Counted from the stretch's first letter, positions 49,801-62,499 are shown. The stretch is 64,000 nucleotides of DNA from Eutreptiella sp. 'Long Island Sound 2002' (GCA_964036045.1 OZ038378.1:30194001-30258000); one strand, 5' to 3'. Numbers and translations are program-made. The notes: generated by a model from the letters alone, not told the origin.

Positions 49801-50599
49801 ATGGCCATGAGGCAACGGAAACTGGGCTCGCATACGCCCCCGTGTCACAGGCGCATGGTCATAACCACATTGTTCAGTGTTTTGCTTGCTGCACTGCAGC
49901 GTAGACAAGTTCTGTACCACACCAGGTGGTTGCTGGCTGTGCATTGGCACTGGTCCTCTGGATATTGAGGTCAGCTCGCACCCACCACCCACCCACAGTG
50001 CCGGTTAGTCTCTAACCTTTGCCCTGCTGGTCGTGACCCTGTCATGTACTTGCTCTCTGGCTCGTGAGGACGTGTCATACTCAATCGCATTGGCGCCTTG
50101 GTTGGCGCAAAGGCGTCTCAGCATTTCAGCATTTGCTCCGTCAGTCAGGCAACTCAACAAATCCTTGCTGTTTTGCGTGTGGCGCATACCATTTTAGCTC
50201 CCCACCATGCATGCGCATGCCGCCCACACATTCATGCCTACTTGTTTCCGTCATCCTCACATGGGCCGCACTCTCGCCGCCCCTGTCTTGCTTCGGCGGT
50301 TCAACACGTGACAACGTGTCGAGCCTGTGGCTCAGGGGCGCTACGGCGCCCTGCTTTTTTTATTTCTTGACTGTTCCTCGCCGCCGTGGCGTCCCTTTTA
50401 CCTTGGTCAGCTCGAACCCACCCTGGTCAGCTCGTACCCTGGTCAGCTCGAACCCACCACCTCCCTTTGTGCCGGTTAGCCCCGGTCTCTCGCTCTGTGG
50501 GTCTCTCTCCTACTCTCTCCCTCCCATTCTCTCTTGCTCTCCCCTGCTCTTTCTCTCCTGTTGCACCTCTTTGTTCCTTTCCCAAATGGGGGGGGGGTA

Positions 50600-51836
50600 G
50601 GCCGGATTGGTGCCCAGCATCGCCTCCCGCCCCAAGCCCAAGCCCAAGGTCCCCGCAACCCCCGCAACCGGGGGACCCCCGCAGCCGCTTCCCCCCGACC
50701 CCTAGGACGCCTTCAACAAGGCGCTGGGGGCAACCTCCCACGCCCTTGATAGGCAAGGCACGGTATGTTGAGTGCGTGCTAGCGTTGATCTAGGGAAGTG
50801 TTCTGGCGTTGATCTAGCCAAACCGCCACCGCCGCCGCTAGAACGTCGCTAGAACGTCGCTAGAACAGCTGCCTAGAACGCCGCTAGAACACACCTGCCT
50901 CGTGTTTCTCTTCTTAGGTTGACCCTGCAGACATGTGGAGCCGACCCCGGTGGGGTGCGGGTGGAGTGGCGCAATGGGGAGGCCAAACGCACCTCATGGG
51001 GGTCACCGAGTTAGGCCGGATGTTGGCGAATGACCCCAACATGGCCCCCTCGGTGGTGCACGGGTTGGGTAGGTGGGAGGCGGGCAGGAGCCGGGGGGGC
51101 ATGGACCCGCAGCGCACGGGTTCGGTGAGGGTGGGGGAGGAGGGAGGGGACACCAGCAACAGCAGGCAGAGCAACAGCAGCAGTAGCAGCAGCAACCGCG
51201 GAACCAGCAGCGGGGAGAGGACATCCCCCGCCAACCCCCCCCCCCCCCCCACAAGGCCCCCCAAAAAACTAGGAAGCCCCGCCCCTTCGAGAGTATCGAG
51301 GAAGACGCCCCCCACCCCACAGCCCCCCCGCCCAAGCCGAAAGCCAAGGCCAAGCCCAAAGCCAAGAGCAAGGCCAAGCCCCCCCCCGCCCTCAACCCCA
51401 GGGCAGCCCCTTGTAGAATGGGGGCCGGGACCCCTATGGGAATGTGCCGAGTGTGGGGGACACCCGGTGTGTCCATTGGGCGGAGGGGGGCAATGGGGGG
51501 ACCATCAGCCAAGTGACGGTGTTGGGGGATTGGGATGAGGAGTTGGACCCGGGGGACTCGTGGGTGGTGTTGTAGGGGTCCACCAGGGAGGGGGGGGAGA
51601 AGGTGAAGAAGGGGAAGAAGAGGAAGCGGGAGAAGGAGGGGGGCACCTTCCGGGTGCCGGGGGAGCTCGTCTTCCACACCCCAGAGGAGGGGGAGGCGCA
51701 CCTCCGGGCACCCTTAGAGGAGCGGAACGACAGGGACGACGGGGACGGCGGCGCTGAGGAGGGGGACGAGGGTAACGACAAGGCCGGCCCGCCAAGTGAC
51801 CTTCCAAGTGACCTATGGGGTGGGGTGGAGGGCTAA
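50600..51836 (+). pseudogene. Unknown spliced gene B (low complexity, CxxC in WECAECGGHP, acidic/basic C-terminus), disrupted
   Basis: DAFNKALGATSHALDRQGT joins in phase 0 across intron 50763-50917 to VDPADMWSRPRW...; TAG stops and frameshifts present. Confidence 0.5.
50763..50917 (+). other. GT-AG intron containing a CGCTAGAACGT repeat array, paralogous to 48513-48659
   Basis: CG|GTATGT ... TTCTCTTCTTAG|GTT; shares gatctagggaag.gttct.g.gttgatctag and gctagaacag.tgcctagaacgccgctag with the first intron. Confidence 0.75.
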
Positions 51837-51987
51837 CCAGGCTAACCGGGGGGGGGAACGCTCCGTGAGTCAGGTCGGTCGAGCATCGTGGCCCTGAGAT
51901 TGGCCACGGCTCGCCATGGTAGCTGGGGCCGCTTGTCTTTGAGGAGTGGCACGGCATTCATATATATAGTTATAGCGACGATCCAGC

Positions 51988-52047
51988 GACGTTCTAGCGA
52001 TGTTTCTAGCGGCGCTCGCTAGAACGTCGCCGAAACGTCGCTAGAAC
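51988..52047. repeat. Palindromic CGCTAGAACGTC array
   Basis: gacgttctagcg (51988-51999) is the reverse complement of cgctagaacgtc (52017-52028); further units follow. Confidence 0.9.
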
Positions 52048-55000
52048 CAAAATTTTTTGGAGTCCAAAATCAGGCGAAAACAGTGAAATTGTGAAGAAGA
52101 AAAAAACCATGGGCCCCCGAGTACGGATAGGGGCGTCCACGTTACAACAATCAAAGTACCCACAACCCCCCCCAGCCACGTGGGGGGGTAACCAATTCGT
52201 TTTTCCGTTCTAGCCTTCTAGCGCCATCTAAGCTAGAACGAGATTGGGTCTTCTAGCGTGTACCAAGGGTACAATCGGCGGTTCCGGCGCCCGAGGCATT
52301 GCCACTTGCATGCGCGAGACACAGACCGCTAGCGATCCAGAAGAGGTCCATGGCCATGTCCCGCGACGAACTGACGCGACCCCTAGTGTCCGCCCTCCAA
52401 GTCTTCGGCCTGAGGGTCCCGGTGGGCATCCCGGAGGCACTGCCATCGGGGAACCCTAGCCGCCTGCTTTCGGTAGTCCTCCACCTCTGCCTCACCAAGA
52501 AGCTCCCGGCTTGGCTGATGCGCAATAGGCGACCGGTCATCGTGCAGCCCTACCTCCGGCGGCTGGAGACAAGCGTCATGCAAGTCCGCCTGGTGACCCG
52601 CCCGGAGCTCCGGCGCGCCGTGCCCTGGGAGCACTTTGCCTACCGGCGGCAGCTTTCCGGCCAAACACTGGCCCTCGAGTGCCGCTGGCCCCTGGCAGGT
52701 TGGGCAATTCAGCACACGGTAGTCTGGTCGAAAGATTGGGATGAGGCGAACGCCTTCTGCAACCCAAACCACAAGGGAGCAGGGGCGTGGGACCACAAAA
52801 CCCACGAGGAGTCACAGTCGCCCCGGCTTCAAAACTTCTACGATGGGCTCGACGTGTGCGTCACCTCCCCGTACGGCTTGCCGGCCCCGTACAAGTTGCG
52901 CAACAGCGGGGCCCAGGGCAACAGCCAGCGCGTGGGGTACTTGTCCAAGATCTCAGAGAAGCGCATCGAGTGCTTCCGCCAGACAGCCCATGAGGGTTTG
53001 TACCCTGAGGACCCGCAATCCGGTGCCCTGAACCTAGCGCCCGGGTCCCGCGGTAGCCCGCGGCCCCCCACGGCTAACTCCTGGAGGTCGCCTTCAGCGA
53101 CGACCGCCGCCACTTGTACCTTGATCTGGCTAATGTGTCTGTGCAGTGACGTGCACGGCGGCGTGCGGCTCAGTGCAGGTGGGTAAGTTGAAGGTGTACC
53201 ACCTCGTCCTGCACAACCGACGGTCCCACCACACTCCGGGCACCCTGCCCAAGCCCCTAGGCCCGTTGCCGCTGCAATCCAGGGGATTCATGCTCACTAC
53301 GGTGACCTTGGTGATGGGGGGGGCAGCCAGCCCCGCCGGTCGCCAAGGCGGAGGCGAACCTGGAGAGGATAGGGCACGCACTCTACCGCTTGCGTCGTGT
53401 CTACGTGCTGCTTCTACACATGGCCCGCGCCTACGTGATCTCCGCCCTGGACTATGTCTACGAGGCCGTGCCGCCATGCCCGACGCGACTCCGCCACACG
53501 CAGCGGGCGGTGGAGAGGGTCCTCATCAGGTGTTGTGGGTGGAACGGAATGTGCCCAGGGCCCGTTGTGCATGACAGTCACAAACGGGGGCTCCACCTAT
53601 ATAGCCGGATGTGCCTCCGGGATGTCGAGGGGTTCGTCCGGGCCATGGACTCCCGCAGCCCGCTCATCCGTGAGTGCATCCGCGCCCTCCGCCGCCCCGA
53701 CCATTGGAAGGGCTTGGGCGGCCCGGACCAGGAGCAACTTCTCCACATGATGTTCGAGACCGAACTGGAGGTACACGACCTTCCCACGGCCGTACCAATC
53801 GAGTGGGAGGGTCCTCCCGGCCGCCGACGGGGCTATGGAGGCCATGCCCGGGGGCAAAACGCTAGGCTGGTGCACAATTGTGGCAGATAGTGCTGCGGTC
53901 CCCACGTTGGTCACCTTGGGGGTCATCACGCACGCAGCCCGCCCGTAGGCCGCAGAATGGGCAAGCAATCTGCAATGGTGGGTCTTGGCTGAAACGCAGG
54001 GTGTCACCCCCCCAAGCGCTCCGTTATGTACATGGGAGCGGACTCCTCCCCTGCCACCATCGTCATAGACGGGGGCGTCCCGTCCCGGTTCCCATGGGTG
54101 GACAGGGTCCGGTTCACCATGGCCGAGGCCCGAGGGTAAGGCCGGCCTGAGATGTATGTGCCGGCACAGCACAACACCCAGTGGTCGGACCTCATGTCGC
54201 GCGCCCAGGAACCAGCGGTGAAGGGTTTGGGCATGGCGCGCGAAGGTACATATGTGTTCCTAGGCACCCGAGACACGACAGCTCGGTTCTTCGCCTTGCC
54301 CCGCCTGGTGACGGCGGGAGTTGGACCGCCTCTACGCCCGGCCAACATCACCATCGGTGACCTTTGTCTTTGGCCTACCGGGCGGCGGCCAGGCCTTGCT
54401 GGCCTGGGCCCGGCTCCTGGCCGCGGGGAGCCTGCCAGCAGTGAGCGTGCGGTTTGCAGCCTGGATGCGCATGGCGCTCACAACCCACACCTCCAGGTGC
54501 GCGGCCTGGGATGAGGGGTTGAAGGCGTTATACAATACGGGGGGAGTGAAGCATGAAAGTAACAAGCGGCAAAGAAAGGAGTAACAACCACGTACAAGTG
54601 AACCATTGTGTTGTGGATTGTCTGTTGTGCCCATTGTTGTGTGCCACCCAAAATCAGGGACCTCACCGGCAACTGCAATCAGCAAGGGGTTCCTGGTCAG
54701 TTTGTGTGGTCTACATCCCAATGCCGGAACCCCTTTGTGGTCGGCATGTACTTCCGAAAACCATCCCATACCTCCCAGGAACCAAAATGGCAAACAGTCC
54801 CAAACGTGTATGCGATCAATGTGGTGTCACCGGGAAGAGGGTAACAGGAACGCGCCCCGCTTCTCGGGCCCAACTTGCATTGGAGCACACGAACAAAGGG
54901 CGGGGCCCTCAACCGCGCATGTGCATAGTCACCCACCCTCTCAGTTCACCGCACTGCTCTTAAGAAAGCACCCTAATGGGCCATCGGGGTCATGCGGTTG

Positions 55001-56140
55001 TAAGCGAGCCCCAACCTCACACATCCAACATTTGGTCAGGGGGCTGTAGTTGCTAAACTGCGTCCCCTTTCCATCCCTGGTTAGACAGCATTCAAAACCT
55101 ATTGTTTGTCCGATTTCGAGCACTACGTTGTTGTTTGCCTCTACATACTCCACCTCGTTGTGCAACCCAGCCGCCTCATCCGTCCCGCACAACCATCCGC
55201 GATCATCGGTGCCTACCATAACCCATCATGTGGCCCAATTTACAAGCACGCCTGCAGCACGGGCCCCCGGGGCCAAAACCCAACGAATAAGTCCGCCCAA
55301 GTGGCCGACATTTGCCAAATTGGGCATGCATCCACAAAAATGGTGAGTGGGATCGGACGCCATCCGGGTGGGACCGTGAGCAGACCAGTCTGTTGTGCCA
55401 ATGCCGCTTGGTGTTGCACAAGCTCCGTGAGTGACACGAAGGTGTCCGACCGCCGCTTGGTCCCGGGACCAATCACAACCACAGGGGTGGCCGCATACGG
55501 CGTAAGCGCTCGCCGCTTCTACAACCATTTCTCGCGGGTGCGGTGGCGGCTCACCCTGATCTGGCGCACAAAGAGCATCATGGACCGTGCAGCCCGGAGA
55601 TCGTCCACCGCATAAGCATCATGTCCAGCATCCTGATCGCACGCAGCCTACTCACTATCCAAACACTCACCGGTGAGCACGACAACACCTGTGGACGTCA
55701 CCGATAGGGTCACATCCGTACCATTCACCACAACGCGGGTCAAACGCTCCACGCCTGCCAAGCACTTTGCCTTTTCACGAGGCTTCAACATGGCAAAAGG
55801 TTTGCGTGTCAGCAGCAACCAGTCGGCCTCGAAATCTTTGACAAAGTCGTCCACGGTGGATGGTGGCACTGCAAAGCATTGTGCACAGGAAGTAAGCCAC
55901 GAAGGGTAAAGAGGAAGGAGTTGCACATGAGGAACGCCAGTGGGAACTATCTTCGGGAACATGTTGCGAATGAGGAAGCGGTTCCTGAGCGCGGTTCCTG
56001 ACTATACATTCTGATTGGGAAGGTGGCCATGAATAGGGTCCCCGAATATACTTCCTGATTAGAAACCCCACGTTGATCACCTTTCCTGTACCACTTGCTG
56101 ACCTAGTTCCCATGTGCCATTCTTCGGGTTTGGTCATTTG
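52000..56140 (-). pseudogene. Second RAG1/Transib-like transposase, decayed and interrupted by a retroelement
   Basis: IFVDA (D, 55332), MVGTDD, TRDGK (D, 55075), CWMC (55030-55019), RVGDYAH, HNTMVH (54615-54598). After removing 52275-54591 and one TSD copy, ALEG appears (E at 52218-52216) 56 nt after the second His versus 57 expected. Many stops and frameshifts; ends approximate. Confidence 0.75.
52275..54591 (+). mobile_element. 5'-truncated, decayed non-LTR retroelement with a 6-bp TSD (GTACAA)
   Basis: RT motifs RNRRPVI, HFAY, DEANAF, SGAQG and FSDD (53093-53104, shifted frame). GTACAA flanks it at 52269-52274 and 54592-54597. Confidence 0.8.
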
Positions 56141-56869
56141 GAGGGGGGTGGGATTGCGTGCGTTTCGGAGGGGGGGGGGGGGGGCAGGGGGTTGCTCTAG
56201 GTCCTGGGGGGTGCCGTTGGGGGGGGGTGTAGGTTGTGGGGGGGTGCGGCTTAGTGGGGGGGGGGTGGGGGTGCTGGGGGGGGGGGATCAGGCAACGTGT
56301 GGGTTTGTGAAATGGTCTCGTTCCAGGGGGGGGGGGGTTGCCTTGCTGACGATGACACCAACATGGGTGTTATTATTCTGCCTTCTCCACAGTTCCATTT
56401 TTGTTCGGAAGGTGAATGGCGGCAATATACCATCACACGGGGGCATCCCTAGCGACATACGAGGTTCCCTATGATGAATCACCAACACCTCACCGGTTGC
56501 TTCACACTGTGCGGGCCGAGCGCATGGCGGTGCGGGCCGAGCACATGGCACCTACCTATGTCTCCACATCGCGTCACAGTACGCCGCCGAAGAGACGTCT
56601 CCGTAGGGGTGCTCAACTTGGCTCACCGTAAAATATGGGAATGACCGTTTTCACATGTCGTTGAGACGCACAACATAGAAAGTAACAATTGGATGGAAAA
56701 TGCTACTCATATTGCTTACAATTTTTGAAAGGGCCACCCATGTATGCTCACCAAATCAAACTCATGTTGCCGGGTGGATTTCGAAAAATGCAAGCAACAT
56801 AGCATGGAACATTTCTTCGGAGCACCCCTAGGCATTTTGGCCGAAGTGTCCCCAGGATATTGCTACCGA

Positions 56870-57830
56870 TGTTGGTTGCGTTTTTGGAGCCGCTTTCCCG
56901 GCCTGGACATCTCAGGATTGGTGTGAGCAAATAGCCTCCAATCAAGTTCTGGTGAGAGCTACTGGTCGGGGCTTTCCAAAAAAGCCTTACTTGAAGGAAA
57001 TTGAAGCAGTGGACCCTTGGACGGGGGGAGATAGTCCGGCACATTTTGAGCCTCCCTTTTGTTGCAAAATACTGAAATAGTGGGCGCCTAGATAGGGGCG
57101 GATAGTCGAGCACATTTCGAGCCTCGAGATCTGTGTGTTGGTGTGAGCAAGCAGCCTAAAATCCACTTCGGGTGAGAGCTACTGGTGGGGGCTTTCCAAA
57201 AATGCCTTACCTGCAGGTCCTTGGAAAGTTAGGCCCCTAGACGGGGACGGATAGTCGAGCCCATTTCGAGCCTCCACATCTTTGTGTTGGTGTGAGCAAC
57301 TGGTTTAAAATCAAGTTCTGGTAACGGCTACTGGTTGCGGCTTTCCAAAATTGCCTGCAGGAAACTGAAGCAGTGCACCCCTGGACGGGGGCGGATAGAC
57401 GAGCACAATTCCAGCCTCCACATCTGTGTATTGGTGTGAGCAAGTAGCCTAAAAGCACGTTCCGGTGAGACGTACTGGTCGGGGCTTTCCAAAAATGCCT
57501 TACTTGCAGGAAAGTGAAACAGGGGGGGCATGGATGGGAACGGAGAGTTGAGCACATTTCGAGCCTCCACATCGCTGTGTTGCTGTGCGCAAGTAGCTTG
57601 AAATCAAGTTCTCATGAGAGCCACTGGTCAGGGCTTTTCAAAACTGCCTTACTTGTAGGAAGCTGAAAAAACTATACGGGCACGGATAGTTGAGCACATT
57701 TCCAACCTCCAGATATGTGTGTTGGTGTGAGCAAATAGTCTAAAATCAAGTTCCGGTGAGAGCTGTTGGCCGAGGTTTCCAAAAATGCCTTAAATGCAGG
57801 ACACTGAAACTTGATTGGTTGTGGTGCTGG
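56870..57830. repeat. ~145-bp minisatellite (~6 units)
   Basis: ggtgtgagcaa...aaaatcaagttc.ggtgagag.tactggt.ggggctttccaaaaatgcc cores at 56920, 57140, 57289, 57433, ~57582 and ~57724. Confidence 0.92.
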
Positions 57831-58599
57831 GACATTGCAGCAACAGCATGTTGCAGCTTACACTGGACACGACTGGGTTCCGGCAGTTCAACATTTCCTG
57901 ATTCAGCATCTATAAGGTCCCCCTGAAAGGTAAGATCGGAGGCGGAGGCGGAGGCGGAGGCGGGGGGGGGGGGGGCAACGATGCACTTCCCTCGCTACCA
58001 ATGGACATTTCGAAATTTGTTGACAGGGGAAAGGCGGTGGGAAAAAGGACATCCCAGGCAGACGTCTCAAGCACGCCCCTTTTGAGATTCTACAGGTCAA
58101 GATATGCGCTGCCTTTGACAACCACGCTAAGCACAAAGACAGGCACAAACAGAATGATACACCCGATGTCCTTACACAAGCTTCAGTACTTCATGTCACA
58201 ATCTTCTTCCACCCTCCTAGTTGGCATGCAAAGCAGGCACGAAGATTGCAAACGACATTGCTGCACTTCATGTCTCGAAGATTGCGACCTAAAATTTCTT
58301 CCAAGCATCCCTAGTCATCTTGGCTCGGTCGTCCCCACAATATCAGTACCGACATTGGTTGCTTTTTTTTGGGCTGCTCTCGCGACCAAAACTTCGGAGC
58401 GTTTTTCCAAGCGTCCAACGGTACCCATTTCATTTCAAAAACACGGTACCAACCCTACAAGACCATATTGCACGCCCATCACTACGTATATCCAAAAATT
58501 GCCCCCAGTGAGGAGAGGATATCGCTCTCTGTTCCTATGTTCTATGCTGCGCACATGTGCCACATGTGACGTGTCCGCACAAAATTTAATTTGGACCGT

Positions 58600-59910
58600 G
58601 TGGAAGGTTTTTGCCGGGCTACTAATCCCCACCCTTGGACGGGGACGGAATAATGTTTTGTGTGTGCGCTCAACACAGGGCCTCAGACTGGGAGTGGGAC
58701 TCCGCTGTGCGCGTAGTTACGAGTGCCCAAAGTTTTTCGACCTCCGTGTCCACTTTTGCGTGTGCCGCGCGTGCCGTGCCTCTCTCACTGCGCAATCGCT
58801 CGTTCTATGTTGTCAGCTGGGCCACTCCGCTAGCACTTTGTGCGTACTTGTGCGACAGCTCCACGTAGGCCGTGTGTTTGCTCTGCTCAACACCATTCGT
58901 CTGCACAATCTTGTCCCGAAGGGTCTTGTTGTCCGCCTCAGCCCGAGTCAGCTTTGCCTTCGGGCCCTTGGGCTTCATCACTCCGGTCACAGCCAGCTTG
59001 CATGCCTCATTAGCGGCATGGAAACCGCATCCGTCAACCTGTCCACAAGGGCGTCAATGTCTTGGGAACCGCTTGCAAAAGCAGCAATTTTGCCCTTGCC
59101 CTTACACTTGCGCTTCACCACCTCCTTCTTTGGCCTCTTTAGTCTCTGTTCCAGTTGCTCCTGATCCCCATAGCTCTCCTCCGCCTTGACGTGCGTACAA
59201 CTACGTAGCATCCTCTTCTCTTTCCGCCCAACATACTCGGCAATCCTCAGGTCCATGTCCCGTACAGCCGCCGGGGGGGCACTACCGCCACCTATCCGGA
59301 TCGCCGGCTGCAGCCAAATAGCCCCCCTCTGAACGCCCACCCTGTTATCGTACATGACCTGCTCGCACTTGCCGCTGCCGGGGCCGCCATGTACCGATAA
59401 CGCCTGTGTCTTCATTCCCTCGCCATCTCCTGAGACGACAACCACGGGCAGATGGACGTGCAGCAGCTGGACCCCGGGACCCTCCTCTGCCTTCGCCTTG
59501 GACCGCGGCGTCCTAGTCTTGAACCAGCGCGTGTTTCCCTGACCCATGACGGCATCTGTGACTCTGTCGATCATGAGAAGGGCCTGCGCCCGCCTCTCCT
59601 AATACTTTTCCACACCATCCCCCATCCCGCGGAGCACCGTTGTGGGCCGCAGGTCGTGTTGCGGGGTGTCCTGCGGTCCGCTGATGGGCACTCCCGCTAG
59701 GTCATCGCGCAGTGCAACGCGCGGCCACACGTCCATTGTGCCCAGCAACAGAAAACGAAGATGCAACGCAGGTCGACAACCCCGGCCCGAAGTGTACTCT
59801 TCCAACGCTTCCTGTTGTGAAACCCCAGTCTGCATCCCCAATCCCCAATACGTTCCTGATCTGCAACCCCATCCTGACGACACATCCTGATCCGGGACCC
59901 TGGTCTGCAA
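58600..59910 (-). pseudogene. Unknown gene (globular part, Lys-rich linker, C-terminal coiled coil), positional counterpart of gene 2
   Basis: Consecutive pieces 59910-59599, 59574-58987 and 58990-58805 onward with stops. LHVHLPVVVVS resembles QMHLPCRVTVT of gene 2; KLTRAEADNKTLRDKI is coiled-coil-like. Confidence 0.5.
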
Positions 59911-60365
59911 CGCCTTCCTAATTAGGCATCTTGATCAAGGATACTCATCAGCAACACCTTCCCGAGCAGGGTTCCCGGCACACATCTTTTTTGCAGACAT
60001 AATACTATGTGGTGCGCGCTTGTGCACAGTTTCACAACTGTCCACAGCGACAGACTTGCAACCCGTCCCTCAGCGACTGTGCGAGCCATCCACATGTCAG
60101 AGCTCTATTCGAGTCCAGAATGGCGGTGTCCACAGGCGGCATATCCCGTCGCCATACAACTGCTTGCTCCATGCTACCACGTATCGCTGCAATACCCCCA
60201 AAGCGACCCTGCACAGCAACAATTGTAACCGGTTCACATGCCACTTCGCGTCGTTGGGGGATGGCACGTGCTTGGCTTCTTGAACCCATTCCCGAACGGG
60301 GCACTCTGCTCCCTTGACAGTCGGGACTGGTACGTGTGCGCGGAACGGAGATGGCGGTTGGTCGG

Positions 60366-61830
60366 CTAGGGGTACAACACCGTGGTGTCCACAGGTATGT
60401 AGCGTGTGATCCCATAGTCCATACGCATTTGCCGATCTGGTGTCACCGTGTCAGGTTCTGCTTGTTGTGCTTGTCGTGGCTGCACGGTCTCGCACACAGG
60501 GCACCGTCCGGCCGCATGAACCTTGCACAGTGGGCTCGTCTTGCACACGAAGCACTTTTCTGTGCAATTCTTACGGCACATCTGCATTGCGCAACGTGGC
60601 TTGGTGGACCCCAAGGGGTGCTTCTCAAACGCGCAAAATGGGACACACATCCCCTACGCAAATTGATATGTGACCGGGAAATTGGCAAGGCCCAGCAATC
60701 CCACTTTGCGCCAAAAATCGGACGGAAGGGAGATGGGCACTGCTCCACCAGCATGAATGAGATCGGAATGAAGCAACGAAGAAATTCCCACGGCGTAGGT
60801 GGATCAGCACTGGATCACATGGTTGCGGCAGGCCGTGTCCGTTGCCGGGGATAATGATTGTATCGGATTTGTCATTCGCATCCAGGTCGTAGTTCTCCGC
60901 ACAGAAGACGGTCAACGTGCAGAGGCCACCAGGATTCTTGTGCATGTGGCGATGCACACTGAGCCTCTCGTGCCCTTGGGCTGCAACATGGGCGGAGTTG
61001 TAGAGGACGTGCTTGCAATCCAATGCTTTGTTAATAATTGGCAGAATGAAGTTGGAAAGGTGCGTGGTGGTAGGAAGGTCGTCGTACGTGATGTCGGAGT
61101 ACTGGGTGCCGCCCCCCGTCCCGGGCAGCCGGGCACTCAAAATGCGGCGATCATCGGCATGAGGACCTCGATGTACACTTGGGTATTGCTGCAAAATGGG
61201 ATCCCATTGGTCGATCAGGAAGGTTTCCACCTCCGCCACCACCCGGTCCAAAATCTCCAAGGGGATGGCCTTGTCAAAGAACCAGCACCCATACTGGTCC
61301 AACTTGGAGGGATCCGTCTTACGTAGCAAACGTGCTGCAGGCTGCCCAATAACCACCGGGTCCCCATCGCCAAGCCAAGGAAGGGGACGTTGCCCAGGGA
61401 TGCTCACAGCTACCCCGGAGGCATGCGGTAGCATTGTGACCCCTTCAACGGAATCGTGGAAGGCAATAGGGCTCCATGTCGGTAGTGACTGCACCGGGTA
61501 CAATTTCTTGTACTTGGCAGGCAGCACGTGTTCTTGAAAAACTACGTGTGGCTTCGTGGTTCCGCGAGCTTGCATCTCCGAGGGCGGCGGCTTTCCATTT
61601 GCAAATAGCAACATCTCACCATCCCCTTGGCCAACATAGTACCCAATGTCCGCTGTGGTACGTACGGATCAACCCCGGCACAGACCTTCTCAATGTCGGC
61701 ATTGTTCAACCTAAGGACCACTGTGTTGAACATGGGATTGGTATGGAACACGGAGAGCAAGAAGTTGGATACTATCCCCGGCTGCAAATCCATCAACACC
61801 AAACGCTTGGCGAAGATCCCACCCACAGTG
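60366..61830 (-). pseudogene. Second PhyH-like 2OG-Fe(II) dioxygenase with a C-terminal Cys/His-rich finger, disrupted
   Basis: KLDQYGCWFFDKAIP, QWDPIL, LSVHRH (HxD position reads HRH, 60954-60946). A frameshift gives RGNFFV-LHSDLIHAGG (His 60755), followed by CAMQMCRKNCTEKCFVC...LCKVHAAGRCPVC. Confidence 0.65.
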
Positions 61831-62499
61831 GTGCCGGGTTGAAACGTGACACGCGTGGGAGGGTGACAATTTCAGCGGTGTGCTCTCTGTTCCTTGCCGT
61901 GGGGAGACGGTGCAGGTCCCAGCGCGCTCCGTGGTGGACGCGAGCGACTGAACGATGGTGGGCGGAATGGACATGAGATGGAGAGCTTTGAGAGCCCAAT
62001 CATACCAATTCCAGTGTTGTTTGCGTGCATTTGTGTGCAAATGGGAGCAATGTTTGGATAGGGTGCAATGTGTGCAGGTGCTTGTTTGACAGTTGAAGTA
62101 CTGAGTCGAGGAAGCGCGCACAGCGAAGCAAAAACACAATCAGCAAAGGCATCAAGAAGTGCCATCAAGAAGTGGTCTCTGATAACGAAGTATGGTCAAC
62201 ATCCCCATTCTGCAACACCTTACTGATCTGCAACATAGTCAGGCAGTGGTCAGGAAGTAGGCAGTATGTGGCCGTGAACCTGAGACCAAATTTTGTTACA
62301 TGGTGATTTGGAGGACACCCAGACGCGCCCGTCCACTGGTTTTGTTGTCAAGGTGGCATGTGATCCTCGTTTTGCGATTTCAAAGGGGGGAGGGGGTAGA
62401 CTCAATTTTTGTTGGGGGGGGGGGTCCTGCTACCCCCTTTCACGGGTGACCAAAAAAATGCCATAGTCATTCAAGATCAAGGGTTGCGCCAGCCGTTGC

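Noticed and set aside
54640-54670. VPDFGWH as the counterpart of transposase 1 VPDFGAH
   Set aside because: Out of collinear position; RVGDYAH at ~54935 fits the spacing from CxxC, so this match is treated as coincidence.
58001-59164. 387-aa plus-strand ORF as a gene
   Set aside because: No motif; overlaps antisense to the minus-strand coiled-coil pseudogene and looks like a shadow ORF.
59360-59395. GGPGSGK as a Walker A / adenylate kinase motif
   Set aside because: Not followed by S/T, no preceding hydrophobic strand or Walker B; likely chance in a Gly-rich stretch.
61800-62400. Reverse transcriptase downstream of the APE remnant
   Set aside because: Only vague resemblance (WALKALHLMSIP); no QG or YxDD motif in any frame.
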